Of a stretch of DNA of 64,000 bases, positions 1 through 8,843 are shown piece by piece. The DNA is taken from the NCBI GenBank assembly GCA_963803435.1, contig CAWDML010000001.1:2016001-2080000 (forward strand), given 5' to 3'. How positions within the stretch are numbered: the stretch's first letter is position 1; each line of letters starts with the position of its first letter. The translations under genes and the position numbers were made by a program. Below the pieces are notes generated by a model. That model was given only the letters and a program-made list of their open reading frames with translations, did not search any database and was not told the DNA's origin. The DNA is from an uncultured delta proteobacterium. GTDB taxonomy: Bacteria; Myxococcota; Kuafuiibacteriia; Kuafuiibacteriales; Kuafuiibacteriaceae.

Positions 1-994
1 GGGAGCTCGAAGGGATGCTCAGCTCGCCGCCCTGCTCGCGGATGCGCTGGAGCAGGTGCGGATTGACGTAGGCGTCGAACGCGCCCTCGAGCCGCCGCGA
101 AAGATCGAGCGACTGGACCATCGCGTTCATCTGACGCGCGAGCTGGCGGAACTCCAGGCTGCCGCCCTCCTGCACCCGCACGTTCAGGTTTCCGGCGGTG
201 ACGCGCTCGAGCGCCACGTAGATCGGGTGGACTGCGTTCATCGCCAGCTCCCCCAGCTTGCTGGCGGCGCTGACCGCCGCAGGGACGAAGAGCAGGAGCA
301 GCGCCAGCGAGACCCCCACGCCGATGAGGTCCGACGAGTCGATCTGACCGAACGGCTCGGGCAGGTGCACCTTTTCCTTCAGCATCTGGTCGAGCTTCGC
401 CGGCACGACCAGCTTCTTGCCGACCTCGATCTTGAGGTCCTCGGGCGACTGATGGATCGCGACCTGGACCAGCTTGGGGATGGCGATGAACGAGAACACC
501 GACCCGACCATCGCAAAGAAGATGAGCCCGAAGACCACCACCAGGAGACGCGTGTGAAAGCGCGAGGCGATGCTCCCGCCCACGCCGTCGATCAGCTGCA
601 CCAGGAACGTGCCGGTCACCGCGCTGACAAACCAGGCGCCGCCCAGGAGCACCACCTTGGCCAGGTTGGAGGCGCCGATCGCCAGGAACGGGAGGGCGGC
701 GAGGGGCCATGCGACGAACCCGACCGGGATCAGCAGGGCCGTGGCGAGGATCCGCAGGACAGCGATCCGATCCAGGAGCGCGCGATAGCAGACGGTGTCG
801 AGCCACATGGCCACCGCCACGATGCAGACGAACCCACCCACCATGATGAGCGGATGCGCGACCTGTCCGACGATGCTGCTGACGACGCCGACGATCGCGA
901 GACCGACGAACGCCCACACCGGCGCTCGCCGCGCAGGCCTCAACGACGGGGTGAGAACCTCGGGGCTCTCGGGGATCGGAGTTGCCCTGGGCAT
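1..994 (-). CDS. Multi-TM HAMP-domain protein, probably adenylate/guanylate cyclase (runs off left edge)
   Basis: Manual translation from ATG at 994 gives several TM helices, then HAMP (LERVTAGNLNVRVQEGGSLEFRQLARQMNAMV) and the AFDAYV motif that precedes class III cyclase domains. Not in the ORF track because the stop is outside the window. Confidence 0.7.
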   Translation of the reverse strand, partial: MPRATPIPESPEVLTPSLRPARRAPVWAFVGLAIVGVVSSIVGQVAHPLIMVGGFVCIVAVAMWLDTVCYRALLDRIAVLRILATALLIPVGFVAWPLAALPFLAIGASNLAKVVLLGGAWFVSAVTGTFLVQLIDGVGGSIASRFHTRLLVVVFGLIFFAMVGSVFSFIAIPKLVQVAIHQSPEDLKIEVGKKLVVPAKLDQMLKEKVHLPEPFGQIDSSDLIGVGVSLALLLLFVPAAVSAASKLGELAMNAVHPIYVALERVTAGNLNVRVQEGGSLEFRQLARQMNAMVQSLDLSRRLEGAFDAYVNPHLLQRIREQGGELSIPSSS

Positions 995-1037
995 CGGCGT
1001 CCGCGGGTACGGTACCACGCGGCGCAGCGGAACGTGA

Positions 1038-2324
1038 TCAAAGCGCGCGCGACAGGAGGCTGCGCGCTTCGACGGCGCCAATGGGATCGAACCCCGGCTC
1101 GAGGGCCAGGGCCTCTGCGATCTTCTTCTTGCCGGCCGCGTGCTGGCCGCCGGCGACCATGATCGCCCCCAGGTGATACAGGAGCCGCGCGTCCTTGGTA
1201 CCGAGGCGCGTCGCCCGATCGATGGCGCCGCGCGCCTCTTCGAAGCGACCCGCGCGATACAGCGCCCACGCGTACGCGTCGTACGTGTAGATGTCGCCGC
1301 GGCCGGTCAGCTCCTGCTTCGCCAACGCGAGCGCTCTCTCGGTCTCCTCGTTCCGCGTCGCGTAGAAGAGCGCGAGCGTGCGTCGCTCTGTTCGTCCCAG
1401 CTTGACGACCTTCGAATACGCGAGGGCCGCCTCCTCCGGCTTGCCGGCTGCCATGGCGGCGTCGCCCCAGGTCCAGGCGGTCTCGCCCAGCGCGTACTCC
1501 TCGTACGACCGCGAGGCCAGCGCGCGGGCCTCTTCGGGCCGACCGATCGCCAGCAGCGCGCGCGCCTTCCACACCAGCGCCGGCGCGTAGTCGGGGAGCG
1601 CGGCGAGCGCCTGATCATAGCCCGCGATCGCGCCGGCGTAGTCGCCCTGGTGGTGGAAGATCTTCGCGGCCTCGACCAGCACCCAGGCGAGCGGCTCGTG
1701 ATCGCGCTGATCGCCGCCGGCGTCGATCGCGTGCCGGATCACCGCGATCGCGGTCTTGGTGTCGCCCTGCAGCCAGCGCAGGTAAGACGCGCGCGCGTAC
1801 GAGGGAAGGTTCGGCTTGAGGTCGATCATGTGCTGCGTCGCATCGGCGGAGGCGTTGAAGTCTCCGAGCTCGAGCAGCGCGTCCGCGAGTGTTCCGAGCG
1901 CCATCACGTCGTCGGGATCGTTCGCCAGGATGCGCCGCGCCAGGTCGCGGGCCTCGGCAAACCGATGGTCGTTCATCAACACCATACCCTTGAGGTCGAG
2001 CGCGAGCGCGTTCTCCGGCTTGAGATCGAGCGCGACGTCCGCGCAGGCGTTCGCGTTCGTATAGAAGCCCGGGTCGGTGGCCTGGCGGGCCTTCTGCACC
2101 CAGGCTCGGCCGAGCAGGATCCAGGCGTCGAGCTTCTTTGGCTCCTTCGTGACCGTCGACTGCAGCTCGCGGAGACGCCGATCGATCGCGGCGTCCCCGT
2201 CGACCTTTTGCAGGGCGAGCTGGCGGAGGCCGGTCAGCGGGACTTCGGCGGGGGGTGGTGCGGCATCGCGCGCTTCGTCACACGCGGCTAGGAGGAGCAG
2301 TGTCGCGGCGAGCAGGATCTTCAC
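1038..2324 (-). CDS. TPR-repeat lipoprotein
   Basis: Lipobox LLAAC and multiple TPR helices; this type typically accompanies DUF4331 genes. Confidence 0.85.
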   Translation of the reverse strand: MKILLAATLLLLAACDEARDAAPPPAEVPLTGLRQLALQKVDGDAAIDRRLRELQSTVTKEPKKLDAWILLGRAWVQKARQATDPGFYTNANACADVALDLKPENALALDLKGMVLMNDHRFAEARDLARRILANDPDDVMALGTLADALLELGDFNASADATQHMIDLKPNLPSYARASYLRWLQGDTKTAIAVIRHAIDAGGDQRDHEPLAWVLVEAAKIFHHQGDYAGAIAGYDQALAALPDYAPALVWKARALLAIGRPEEARALASRSYEEYALGETAWTWGDAAMAAGKPEEAALAYSKVVKLGRTERRTLALFYATRNEETERALALAKQELTGRGDIYTYDAYAWALYRAGRFEEARGAIDRATRLGTKDARLLYHLGAIMVAGGQHAAGKKKIAEALALEPGFDPIGAVEARSLLSRAL

Positions 2325-2334
2325 TCGAAGGAAG

Positions 2335-2359
2335 TACGAGCGAGATGCCCGTCGGGATC
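2335..2359 (-). promoter_or_regulatory. Putative ECF sigma promoter GATCC-N16-CGTA
   Basis: Lies 10 nt upstream of the TPR gene start; same motif and spacing recur at 5482-5506. Confidence 0.55.
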
Positions 2360-2372
2360 GGCTTCTGAAAGA

Positions 2373-2412
2373 CCATCGCCCACCGAGTCCCCGTACCCTC
2401 GGTGGGCGATGG
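2373..2412. terminator. Perfect 15-bp stem-loop (terminator or mRNA-stabilising hairpin)
   Basis: CCATCGCCCACCGAG ... CTCGGTGGGCGATGG, downstream of the DUF4331 gene and separated from it by the IS remnant. Confidence 0.55.
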
Positions 2413-2436
2413 CGCGGACACGTAATCCTGCTTTAA

Positions 2437-2986
2437 AAGCCGGTCCAGAAACCGTTCCGTTCGCAGTTTGCTGTTTCGTCGTTCTGTCATTCGCTGTTCG
2501 AACTGGTTGTGCCAAGCGTTCGTGCGCTCGACAACCCAGCGCCGCGGCCTACCGCGGACACAGCCAGCGAGTGCAGGCTCGCCGCGGCGGCGGATATGCG
2601 GTTTGATCCGGCGCGCTCCGCGAAGATCGCGGTGAAGATCCCTGCTGCGCACCATGCCGCGAATCGACTGTGGCACGTCGAACCGGAGCTGAACTCGCGC
2701 GGCAGGGCCTTCCACTGGCACCCTGTCCGAAGGCGATAGACGATACCTGCCATCACGACGCGATCCGCAACCCGCGGGCGACCTCCCCGCGGCCTTGGAC
2801 CTCGCTTCGCGAGTCACGGCTCAATGCGTTTCCACAGGGCGTCCGGAAGACTTGCGAATCTTGCCTGCATCGACTCTGCAGAACACTCGATCGAGCACGA
2901 TGCAACAACGGCCGCTTTGAATAGCAAATGAGCAGAACGAGCGAAACAGGAAACGCGGAACGGTCCGGAGGTTTTCGGACCGGCTC
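2437..2986 (-). mobile_element. Internally deleted IS5-family element (transposase pseudogene)
   Basis: Fragments LPDALWKRIEP*, GIVYRLRTGCQWKALP and RRWVVERTNAW; terminal IRs AAGCCGGTCCAGAAACC / GGTTTTCGGACCGGCTC flanked by TTAA on both sides. Confidence 0.85.
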
Positions 2987-3003
2987 TTAACGCTGCTTGC
3001 TAC

Positions 3004-4416
3004 TCACGGGGTCGGAATGCCGTGGCCGTCGTCATAGCCGCGGTGCGGCAAGGGCAGGAACGGCATGTCGGGGAGGAAGTCCCGGTCGTTGTAATCGACG
3101 CCGTCCGAGATGGTGAGCTGCAGCTTGGCCAGGAGCAGCGAGAGGAGGACGTCGGTCACGTCCGCCTGCTCCTGGTTCGGCTGCGCACCGCCGACGAGGG
3201 GGCGGCCGTTCGGGAAGCCCGAGTCGGTCGCCAGGTCCACGCGAAGGACGTCCCCGGTGCTCTCCAGCGTGAAGCTGTGCGCGTCCGGCGTCGGGATGTC
3301 CTTCAGGTTGATGATGTCGAGGATGTCCGTGCGGTTCGACTTGAACGGGGTCGGGTCGACGCCGAGCGCCTGATAGATGCCGACGGCCTCCGCGTCACGG
3401 ACGATGATGGGGTTGAGGAAATACGCGCCGTAGAGGGCCACGTCCTTCTTCGGCTTGGTGCGGTTGTACCGGTCCTTGTCCTGGAGCCCGATGATGGCCT
3501 CGTTCACCAGCGGGAGGCCGAGGCGCGACACCTGGATCCAGGGCCCGAAGTCGAGGTCCTCGCCGATGCCCTTGCGTCGGATCGTCACCTGGCGGCGGCT
3601 CGCCGCACACCAGACCCCGAGCGTGGTGGCGTTGCTGGGCGTGTTGCCCGGCGCCTGGCCGTTCGCGGTGAGCTTGGTGGTCGGGATCTCGAGGACGATC
3701 GAGTGCACGTTGTAGCCGGAGACGCCGTCCTGAGCCACGCCCTTCGGACGCAGGTTCGCCAGGTCGAAGGCCCCGCCGAGATCGACGTAGAAGCCGTCGT
3801 CGCGGGGTCCCGCCCACACGCGTCCCTCCGCGCCCATGTCTTTGATGAAGCTGGCGGCGAACGCGTCGTTGTACTCCGTCTGGCCGGAGGATCCGGCGTA
3901 GAGGAGGCCGAACGTGCGCGGGCCGTAGTTGATGGGCGTGACGGGCACGTCCTGGGCGATCACGGTGCTGCGGCCGTTCTGCACCTTCACCACGCGGTAG
4001 GTCTGCTGCTGGCCGGAGAGCTGCGCGAAGAACTCCTTGCCGCCGCCGACGGCCGCCGACAGATCGGACGGATCGACGCGCTGGAGCCGCGTCGTCTTGA
4101 AGTAGATGAAGTACTGGACCGCATCTCGGAGATCGTCGCCGCGCGTCAGGTGGATCTCGTAGCGGACGTCGTCCGAGAATCGGTGGAAGTTCGGTCCGCC
4201 CGACGGCTCCTCGAGCGGGATGTAGTTGGCCACCACGTAGAGCTTGTCGTGCACGCCGGGCGTGACCCAGGCGTAGACGTCGGTGTTGTCGGCCGCCGGA
4301 TCATCGCTGATCTGCGGGGCTTCGCGGTGGCTGGACGCGGAGGCGGTGCGCGCGGCGAACGCCACGCAGCCGATCCCGAGCAGCGCCGCCAGCTTCTTGG
4401 TCATCGCGGTATTCAT
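3004..4416 (-). CDS. DUF4331 domain secreted protein
   Basis: Signal peptide followed by SSHREAP..DNTDVYA, GPRDDGFYVDL, QVSRLGLPLVNE and GFPNGR motifs. Confidence 0.9.
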   Translation of the reverse strand: MNTAMTKKLAALLGIGCVAFAARTASASSHREAPQISDDPAADNTDVYAWVTPGVHDKLYVVANYIPLEEPSGGPNFHRFSDDVRYEIHLTRGDDLRDAVQYFIYFKTTRLQRVDPSDLSAAVGGGKEFFAQLSGQQQTYRVVKVQNGRSTVIAQDVPVTPINYGPRTFGLLYAGSSGQTEYNDAFAASFIKDMGAEGRVWAGPRDDGFYVDLGGAFDLANLRPKGVAQDGVSGYNVHSIVLEIPTTKLTANGQAPGNTPSNATTLGVWCAASRRQVTIRRKGIGEDLDFGPWIQVSRLGLPLVNEAIIGLQDKDRYNRTKPKKDVALYGAYFLNPIIVRDAEAVGIYQALGVDPTPFKSNRTDILDIINLKDIPTPDAHSFTLESTGDVLRVDLATDSGFPNGRPLVGGAQPNQEQADVTDVLLSLLLAKLQLTISDGVDYNDRDFLPDMPFLPLPHRGYDDGHGIPTP

Positions 4417-4444
4417 GTTCGTTCTCCCTGTCTTCCTTCTCGGC

Positions 4445-5440
4445 TCACCGCTTCGGAATGAAGTAGACGGTGCCGCCCGGCTGGCTCTCGGTGCCGTTCG
4501 AGTCCGCCCAGGCGAAGGCGTCGGCCTGCCGCGCCCGGTGCACGCCGGCGGAGTTCTGGTTCTGTCCGATGTTCTTGTCGAACTCGTCGACGTCGCCGCT
4601 CGCCAGGTCGATCACGTGCACCACACTCGTGCCCTCGTCCTTCTTCAGGCCCGACACGAACAGCTGCTTCTCGTCGAGCGTCAGCGCCACGCCGGCCGGA
4701 TAGCCCACGCGCAGATCCGACTTGAACACCTCCACCACGCCGTTCTTGATGCGGAGGATCGCCGCGTCGTTGTTCTCGGCGGCGACGTCGGCGAGATAGA
4801 TCGTCCCGTCGGAGGCGACCGCGATCCCGCTGGGATCGGCGAGTGGAGCGCCGCTGACGATCGTGGTGAGCGCCGCCCCGCCGGTGTCCATCGAGAAGAC
4901 GGCGGGCGCCTTCGTGGTCGGATCTCGACCGGTGAAGTAGACGAGCTCGTCCCCGTTCTGCTCGAGGACATCCAGGCTCTTCGGCGCGGTGCCCTCGGCC
5001 GCGGTCATGGACACGGGCGTGCCGCCGGCGGTGTCGATCTTGAAGATGCGACCCACCGTGGTGTCCTCCTCGTCGTCCGCGACGTCACCCTCGCTGCCGG
5101 AGTCCACGACGAACACGAACGCGTCGGCGCCGTCGGGCATCACGCCGAACGGCGAGACGAGCGGTGCGCCCACGAAGAGCGGGGCCGGGGTGCCGTTCTC
5201 CGCGGCCACCTTGAAGACCCCCGCGCCGTCGGTGGTGAGCGCAGTGAAGTAGATCATGTCGGCCTGCGACGAGGGCGCGGCGTCGAAGGGCGACCAGAAG
5301 TCGGCGCCCTGAGCCGCAGGCGTCGCGTCGTACGCGGTGGCGGGTGGATTCGGCGGCGTCTCGGTCTTCCCCTTGCAGCCGGCGGCTGCCATTCCCATCA
5401 CGGCCGACAGGCCCAAACGAGAGATCAAGCGACGTGTCAT
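4445..5440 (-). CDS. Beta-propeller (NHL/YncE-like) lipoprotein
   Basis: Lipobox AAAGC; repeated PFGV/PSGIAV/PAGVAL blades. Confidence 0.75.
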   Translation of the reverse strand: MTRRLISRLGLSAVMGMAAAGCKGKTETPPNPPATAYDATPAAQGADFWSPFDAAPSSQADMIYFTALTTDGAGVFKVAAENGTPAPLFVGAPLVSPFGVMPDGADAFVFVVDSGSEGDVADDEEDTTVGRIFKIDTAGGTPVSMTAAEGTAPKSLDVLEQNGDELVYFTGRDPTTKAPAVFSMDTGGAALTTIVSGAPLADPSGIAVASDGTIYLADVAAENNDAAILRIKNGVVEVFKSDLRVGYPAGVALTLDEKQLFVSGLKKDEGTSVVHVIDLASGDVDEFDKNIGQNQNSAGVHRARQADAFAWADSNGTESQPGGTVYFIPKR

Positions 5441-5481
5441 GAAGATCCTCCAGAGAGACCAGGCGCGGGTCTCTGGAGCGG

Positions 5482-5506
5482 TACGTCCACACCGCCGTCC
5501 CGGATC
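5482..5506 (-). promoter_or_regulatory. Putative ECF sigma promoter GATCC-N16-CGTA
   Basis: About 40 nt upstream of the propeller-DUF4331 operon; matches the 2335-2359 motif. Confidence 0.55.
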
Positions 5507-5514
5507 ACCGGGTA

Positions 5515-6735
5515 TCAGGCTTCGAGGATCAGGCGGGCCAGCCCGCGGGCGCGATCCGAGTCGACGCGGCGCCCGGACTCCCAGATCAGGTCCTCCAGGG
5601 CGTCACCGTCGGGCGTTTGCGGCTTGGCCTGCGCGAGTCGGGCCCTGGCCCCGGCCGGCGAGAGCCCGAGCTTGCGGCCGAGATCGTGATACACACTTCG
5701 CCCTTCTTCGTGCGCGAGGTGCTCGGGCGATGCGTCGATCCACTCGCTCGACCAGGAGATCGCCTCGGCGATGGCCGTCCGGAGGAGATCGGCACGATCG
5801 CGGTCGAGCAACCCGGCCGCCAGCGCAGCGGCGATGATCTCGTGGCAGGTCTCGGTCTCGACCTCCATCTGACGCCGGAGGCTCATCGGCACGTCGCCGT
5901 CGTCGTCCCCGCCGCTGATCATGTCGGCGAAGGAGCGTCCCGATCCGGCCCAAAAGCCCGACGGATACTTCATCATCCACGCGCCCCCGCCCTGCATCTG
6001 CTGGGTGGAGTCGGCGAGATCGTGGATCACGGATTCGAGCGTGAGCGGCGGCTGCTTCGGGTGGACCATCTTCCTGATCCCGGTCGCCGGATCCACGAAC
6101 TCGGTACCCCACCAGGAGTTCTTGCCGTCGACCAGATCACGGATGAAGCGGCTCGAGCCGAGCCCGTGGTGGATGATGCAGCGATCGATCCGGTCGGCGA
6201 TCTCCATGGAGAAGCCGGCCTTCATCTGCGCGGCGTCCACGATGGCGCGCCGCGTCCGCGAGCCCAGGTGATTGAGCCCCACGATCTGCGCCATCGTCGT
6301 CATGACGGGGACGATCTCGCCCTTTTCGCTCCGGACCGCCCACTCGTCGGTGCGGAGGGGCTCACCGACCGCCTTGTTGAGATCGTGGATGAAGCCGGCG
6401 TTCAGCGCGATCGTCAGGGTCTCCGCAGGGACCCCGGCGGCGATGGCGAAGTGCACCACGTTCTCGTTCTGCGCGCGGACGTGACCTGCGTTCTGCGGAT
6501 CGATCGCGGCGCCCACGCGGTAGTGAATCAGCGTCTCGGTGAGCCGGCGTTGCGCTTCGGCTGACACCAACCCCGGATCGACCAGGCGCCGATCGATCAA
6601 AAGTTCATAGAACTTGGTATTTCGCTTCTGCCATGCCTTGAGCGAATAGTTGATGACGTCGTCGTCGAGGAGTTCGACGATCGCGTTCGCTTCGAACAAC
6701 GGCTTCAGCTCCGACGCGGCAGCGTAACATCTCAC
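5515..6735 (-). CDS. HD-superfamily metal-dependent phosphohydrolase-like protein
   Basis: H...FIHDLNK...NH...IIHHG...DLAD motif order. Confidence 0.65.
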   Translation of the reverse strand: MRCYAAASELKPLFEANAIVELLDDDVINYSLKAWQKRNTKFYELLIDRRLVDPGLVSAEAQRRLTETLIHYRVGAAIDPQNAGHVRAQNENVVHFAIAAGVPAETLTIALNAGFIHDLNKAVGEPLRTDEWAVRSEKGEIVPVMTTMAQIVGLNHLGSRTRRAIVDAAQMKAGFSMEIADRIDRCIIHHGLGSSRFIRDLVDGKNSWWGTEFVDPATGIRKMVHPKQPPLTLESVIHDLADSTQQMQGGGAWMMKYPSGFWAGSGRSFADMISGGDDDGDVPMSLRRQMEVETETCHEIIAAALAAGLLDRDRADLLRTAIAEAISWSSEWIDASPEHLAHEEGRSVYHDLGRKLGLSPAGARARLAQAKPQTPDGDALEDLIWESGRRVDSDRARGLARLILEA

Positions 6736-6831
6736 GCCGCGCTCGTCCCGGAAACGGCCGTGTCCGGTGAGGTACGACGCGCTGCGCCAACTATCAACCG
6801 AAGCGCCGCGGATCTATCGTAGGTCTCGTTC

Positions 6832-7803
6832 ATGGGTCGGCTGGCAGTGGCGCTCACGGCCGGGCTCATCGGGTGGACGCAGGCAGGAACCGCGTCCGGC
6901 GGGGAGCCCGAAGGATTCCAGCGGCTGACGTCGCATCGGCCGCCGTCGATCGATCATCCCGAGTTCGTGCCGGCCTCCCAGGCCCGAATCCCGGACAACG
7001 CCTGGGTGATCGGCGTGTGGATCGACGGCGAGACCCGAGCGTACAGCCAGGATCTGCTCAACGGCTTCGAGGTGGTGAACGACCGCAGCAAGTACTTCGA
7101 CTTCAGCGTGATCTGGAGCCCGGTCGCCAACGCCGCCGTGGTGTTCGAGCGCCGCTACAAGAACCTGACCCTGCGCTTCGAGTCGACCGGCGGCGTGGTC
7201 AACGGCTCGCCGGTGTTGCGCGACAAGGAGACGCGCTCCTACTGGTCCCTGATGAGCGGCGAGGCGATCGCCGGGCCGATGCGAGGGACCAAGCTGAAGC
7301 AGCTCCCGATGGAGCAACGCTGGCAGTGGAGCGATTGGAAGGCCAACCATCCCGAGACGCGCGTGCTCGCGGTCGGCAAGGTGACCCACTGGTACACGGG
7401 CGCGTACGATGAGTACTTCTCGTCGGCCAACGGCTACGATGGCCTCACCACGCAGGACGACCGGCTCCCCACGAAGGCGCCCATCTACGCGTTCCGGCTG
7501 GCCGCCGTGGCGCACGCAATCCCGCACGAAGCGATCGAGGGCGGGCGCGTGTTCGACGTGGAGGGCAGCACTGTGTTCGTCTTCCGCCCGGCCGGCAGCC
7601 CGCCGTTCAAGTCGAGCGTCGGGTTCGCTGGCGCAGGGTTCGAGAGCGTCGACGGCGTGTGGACCGAGACCCAGAGCGGCCGCCGCTTCTCACCCGCCAA
7701 GGAGATGTTCGAGGGCGCCCGCTGCCCCCACGCGCTCGAGGGCTTCGACACGTTCTGGTACGCCTGGAGCCTGAACAACCCGAAGACGGTGGTGGTCCGG
7801 TAG
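6832..7803 (+). CDS. DUF3179 domain secreted protein
   Basis: SIDHPEF, VIGV...RAY, EVVND, DKETRSYWS..SGEAIAGP and FWYAW motifs. Confidence 0.85.
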   Translation: MGRLAVALTAGLIGWTQAGTASGGEPEGFQRLTSHRPPSIDHPEFVPASQARIPDNAWVIGVWIDGETRAYSQDLLNGFEVVNDRSKYFDFSVIWSPVANAAVVFERRYKNLTLRFESTGGVVNGSPVLRDKETRSYWSLMSGEAIAGPMRGTKLKQLPMEQRWQWSDWKANHPETRVLAVGKVTHWYTGAYDEYFSSANGYDGLTTQDDRLPTKAPIYAFRLAAVAHAIPHEAIEGGRVFDVEGSTVFVFRPAGSPPFKSSVGFAGAGFESVDGVWTETQSGRRFSPAKEMFEGARCPHALEGFDTFWYAWSLNNPKTVVVR

Positions 7804-7808
7804 CCGCG

Positions 7809-8843
7809 TTACAGCAACGCCAGGGCGAAGAGGGCCCCCGCGCCGCAGATCCACGCGATCCCCACCGGGCGGCGATACTGCGTGCTCCGCTCGCGGAGCA
7901 CCACCGCCAGCGCGACGGCGGCCGCACACAGAGCCACGGCGACCGCGGTCTCGCCCAGCGCGAACGCCAGCCGGTTGGGGAGGTCGACCTTCGGCGCCAT
8001 CACAGCGCCGAACCCGGCGGCCAGCAGCGCTCCCAGGATCGGCTTCCGCCTCGGCATCGGGCCGGCGCGACGTGCGATCAGCTCGAGGCCGATCCACGCG
8101 ACCGCCAGCGCGAACACCAGCGGGTACCAGGCCGGCGGCGGCGAGAGTGGGTGGAGGAGCCCGGCGGCGTGAAAGGCGAGCAGATAGGCGCCGAAGAGGA
8201 GGAACACTTGCTTCGGTCGCTCGAACACCAGCAGCCCCAGCAGGAAGAGGAGCGCCGCCGGCGCGAGGGACGACCGGACGCCGGCGAGCGCGCTGGCGCC
8301 CAGCTCCTGCGCCAGCGACGGCAGCTCGACGTCGAGATCGAACTCCGGTGACACGACGTTGAAGACGTGCTGCGCGGTGGTCTTTCCGGCGAGGAAGGTG
8401 GCGACGGTGACGTGGGGCGGCTCGAGCTCAGGGAGCTGCCGCGACTCGACGTGCACCCGGGCGATGCGCGAAGAGCAGGTCCAGACGGCCCGAACCTCGA
8501 GCTCGCTCACCACGGGAGCGCCGATCCCTCGGACCTCCGGATCGTGTCCGCGGCAGGGGAGCGGCGGGCCCTCCTCCGAGGCAGCCAGCACGGTCTGCGC
8601 GATCGTCTCGCGGCCGAGCACGTCGCGCTTCGCGTTCAGCTCGACCGGCGACAACAGCCCGTCTCCGTTGACGTCCATCTCGGGGATCGCGACCGCGACG
8701 TCATGTCCGGCGAAGTTGATCCTCAGCTCGGCGGTGTGGGATCGAAACGTCCACTCGGCGAAGCTCTTGCTCTTGCCGTGCGCGAGCGCGGACGACGGCA
8801 GGAGCACCGCCGCCAGGATCGAGAGGAGCTGCCTCAACCGCAC
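7809..8843 (-). CDS. HupE/UreJ-like membrane protein
   Basis: Signal peptide ending ALAH, an extracytoplasmic domain with EF-hand-like DVNGDGLLS, and C-terminal TM helices. Confidence 0.6.
   Translation of the reverse strand: MRLRQLLSILAAVLLPSSALAHGKSKSFAEWTFRSHTAELRINFAGHDVAVAIPEMDVNGDGLLSPVELNAKRDVLGRETIAQTVLAASEEGPPLPCRGHDPEVRGIGAPVVSELEVRAVWTCSSRIARVHVESRQLPELEPPHVTVATFLAGKTTAQHVFNVVSPEFDLDVELPSLAQELGASALAGVRSSLAPAALLFLLGLLVFERPKQVFLLFGAYLLAFHAAGLLHPLSPPPAWYPLVFALAVAWIGLELIARRAGPMPRRKPILGALLAAGFGAVMAPKVDLPNRLAFALGETAVAVALCAAAVALAVVLRERSTQYRRPVGIAWICGAGALFALALL

Noticed and set aside
56-1162. 368-aa plus-strand ORF, and the many similar long antisense or alternative-frame ORFs across the window
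   Set aside because: Shadow ORFs of high-GC genes: Arg/Gly/Ala-rich, no motifs, and overlapping well-supported genes.
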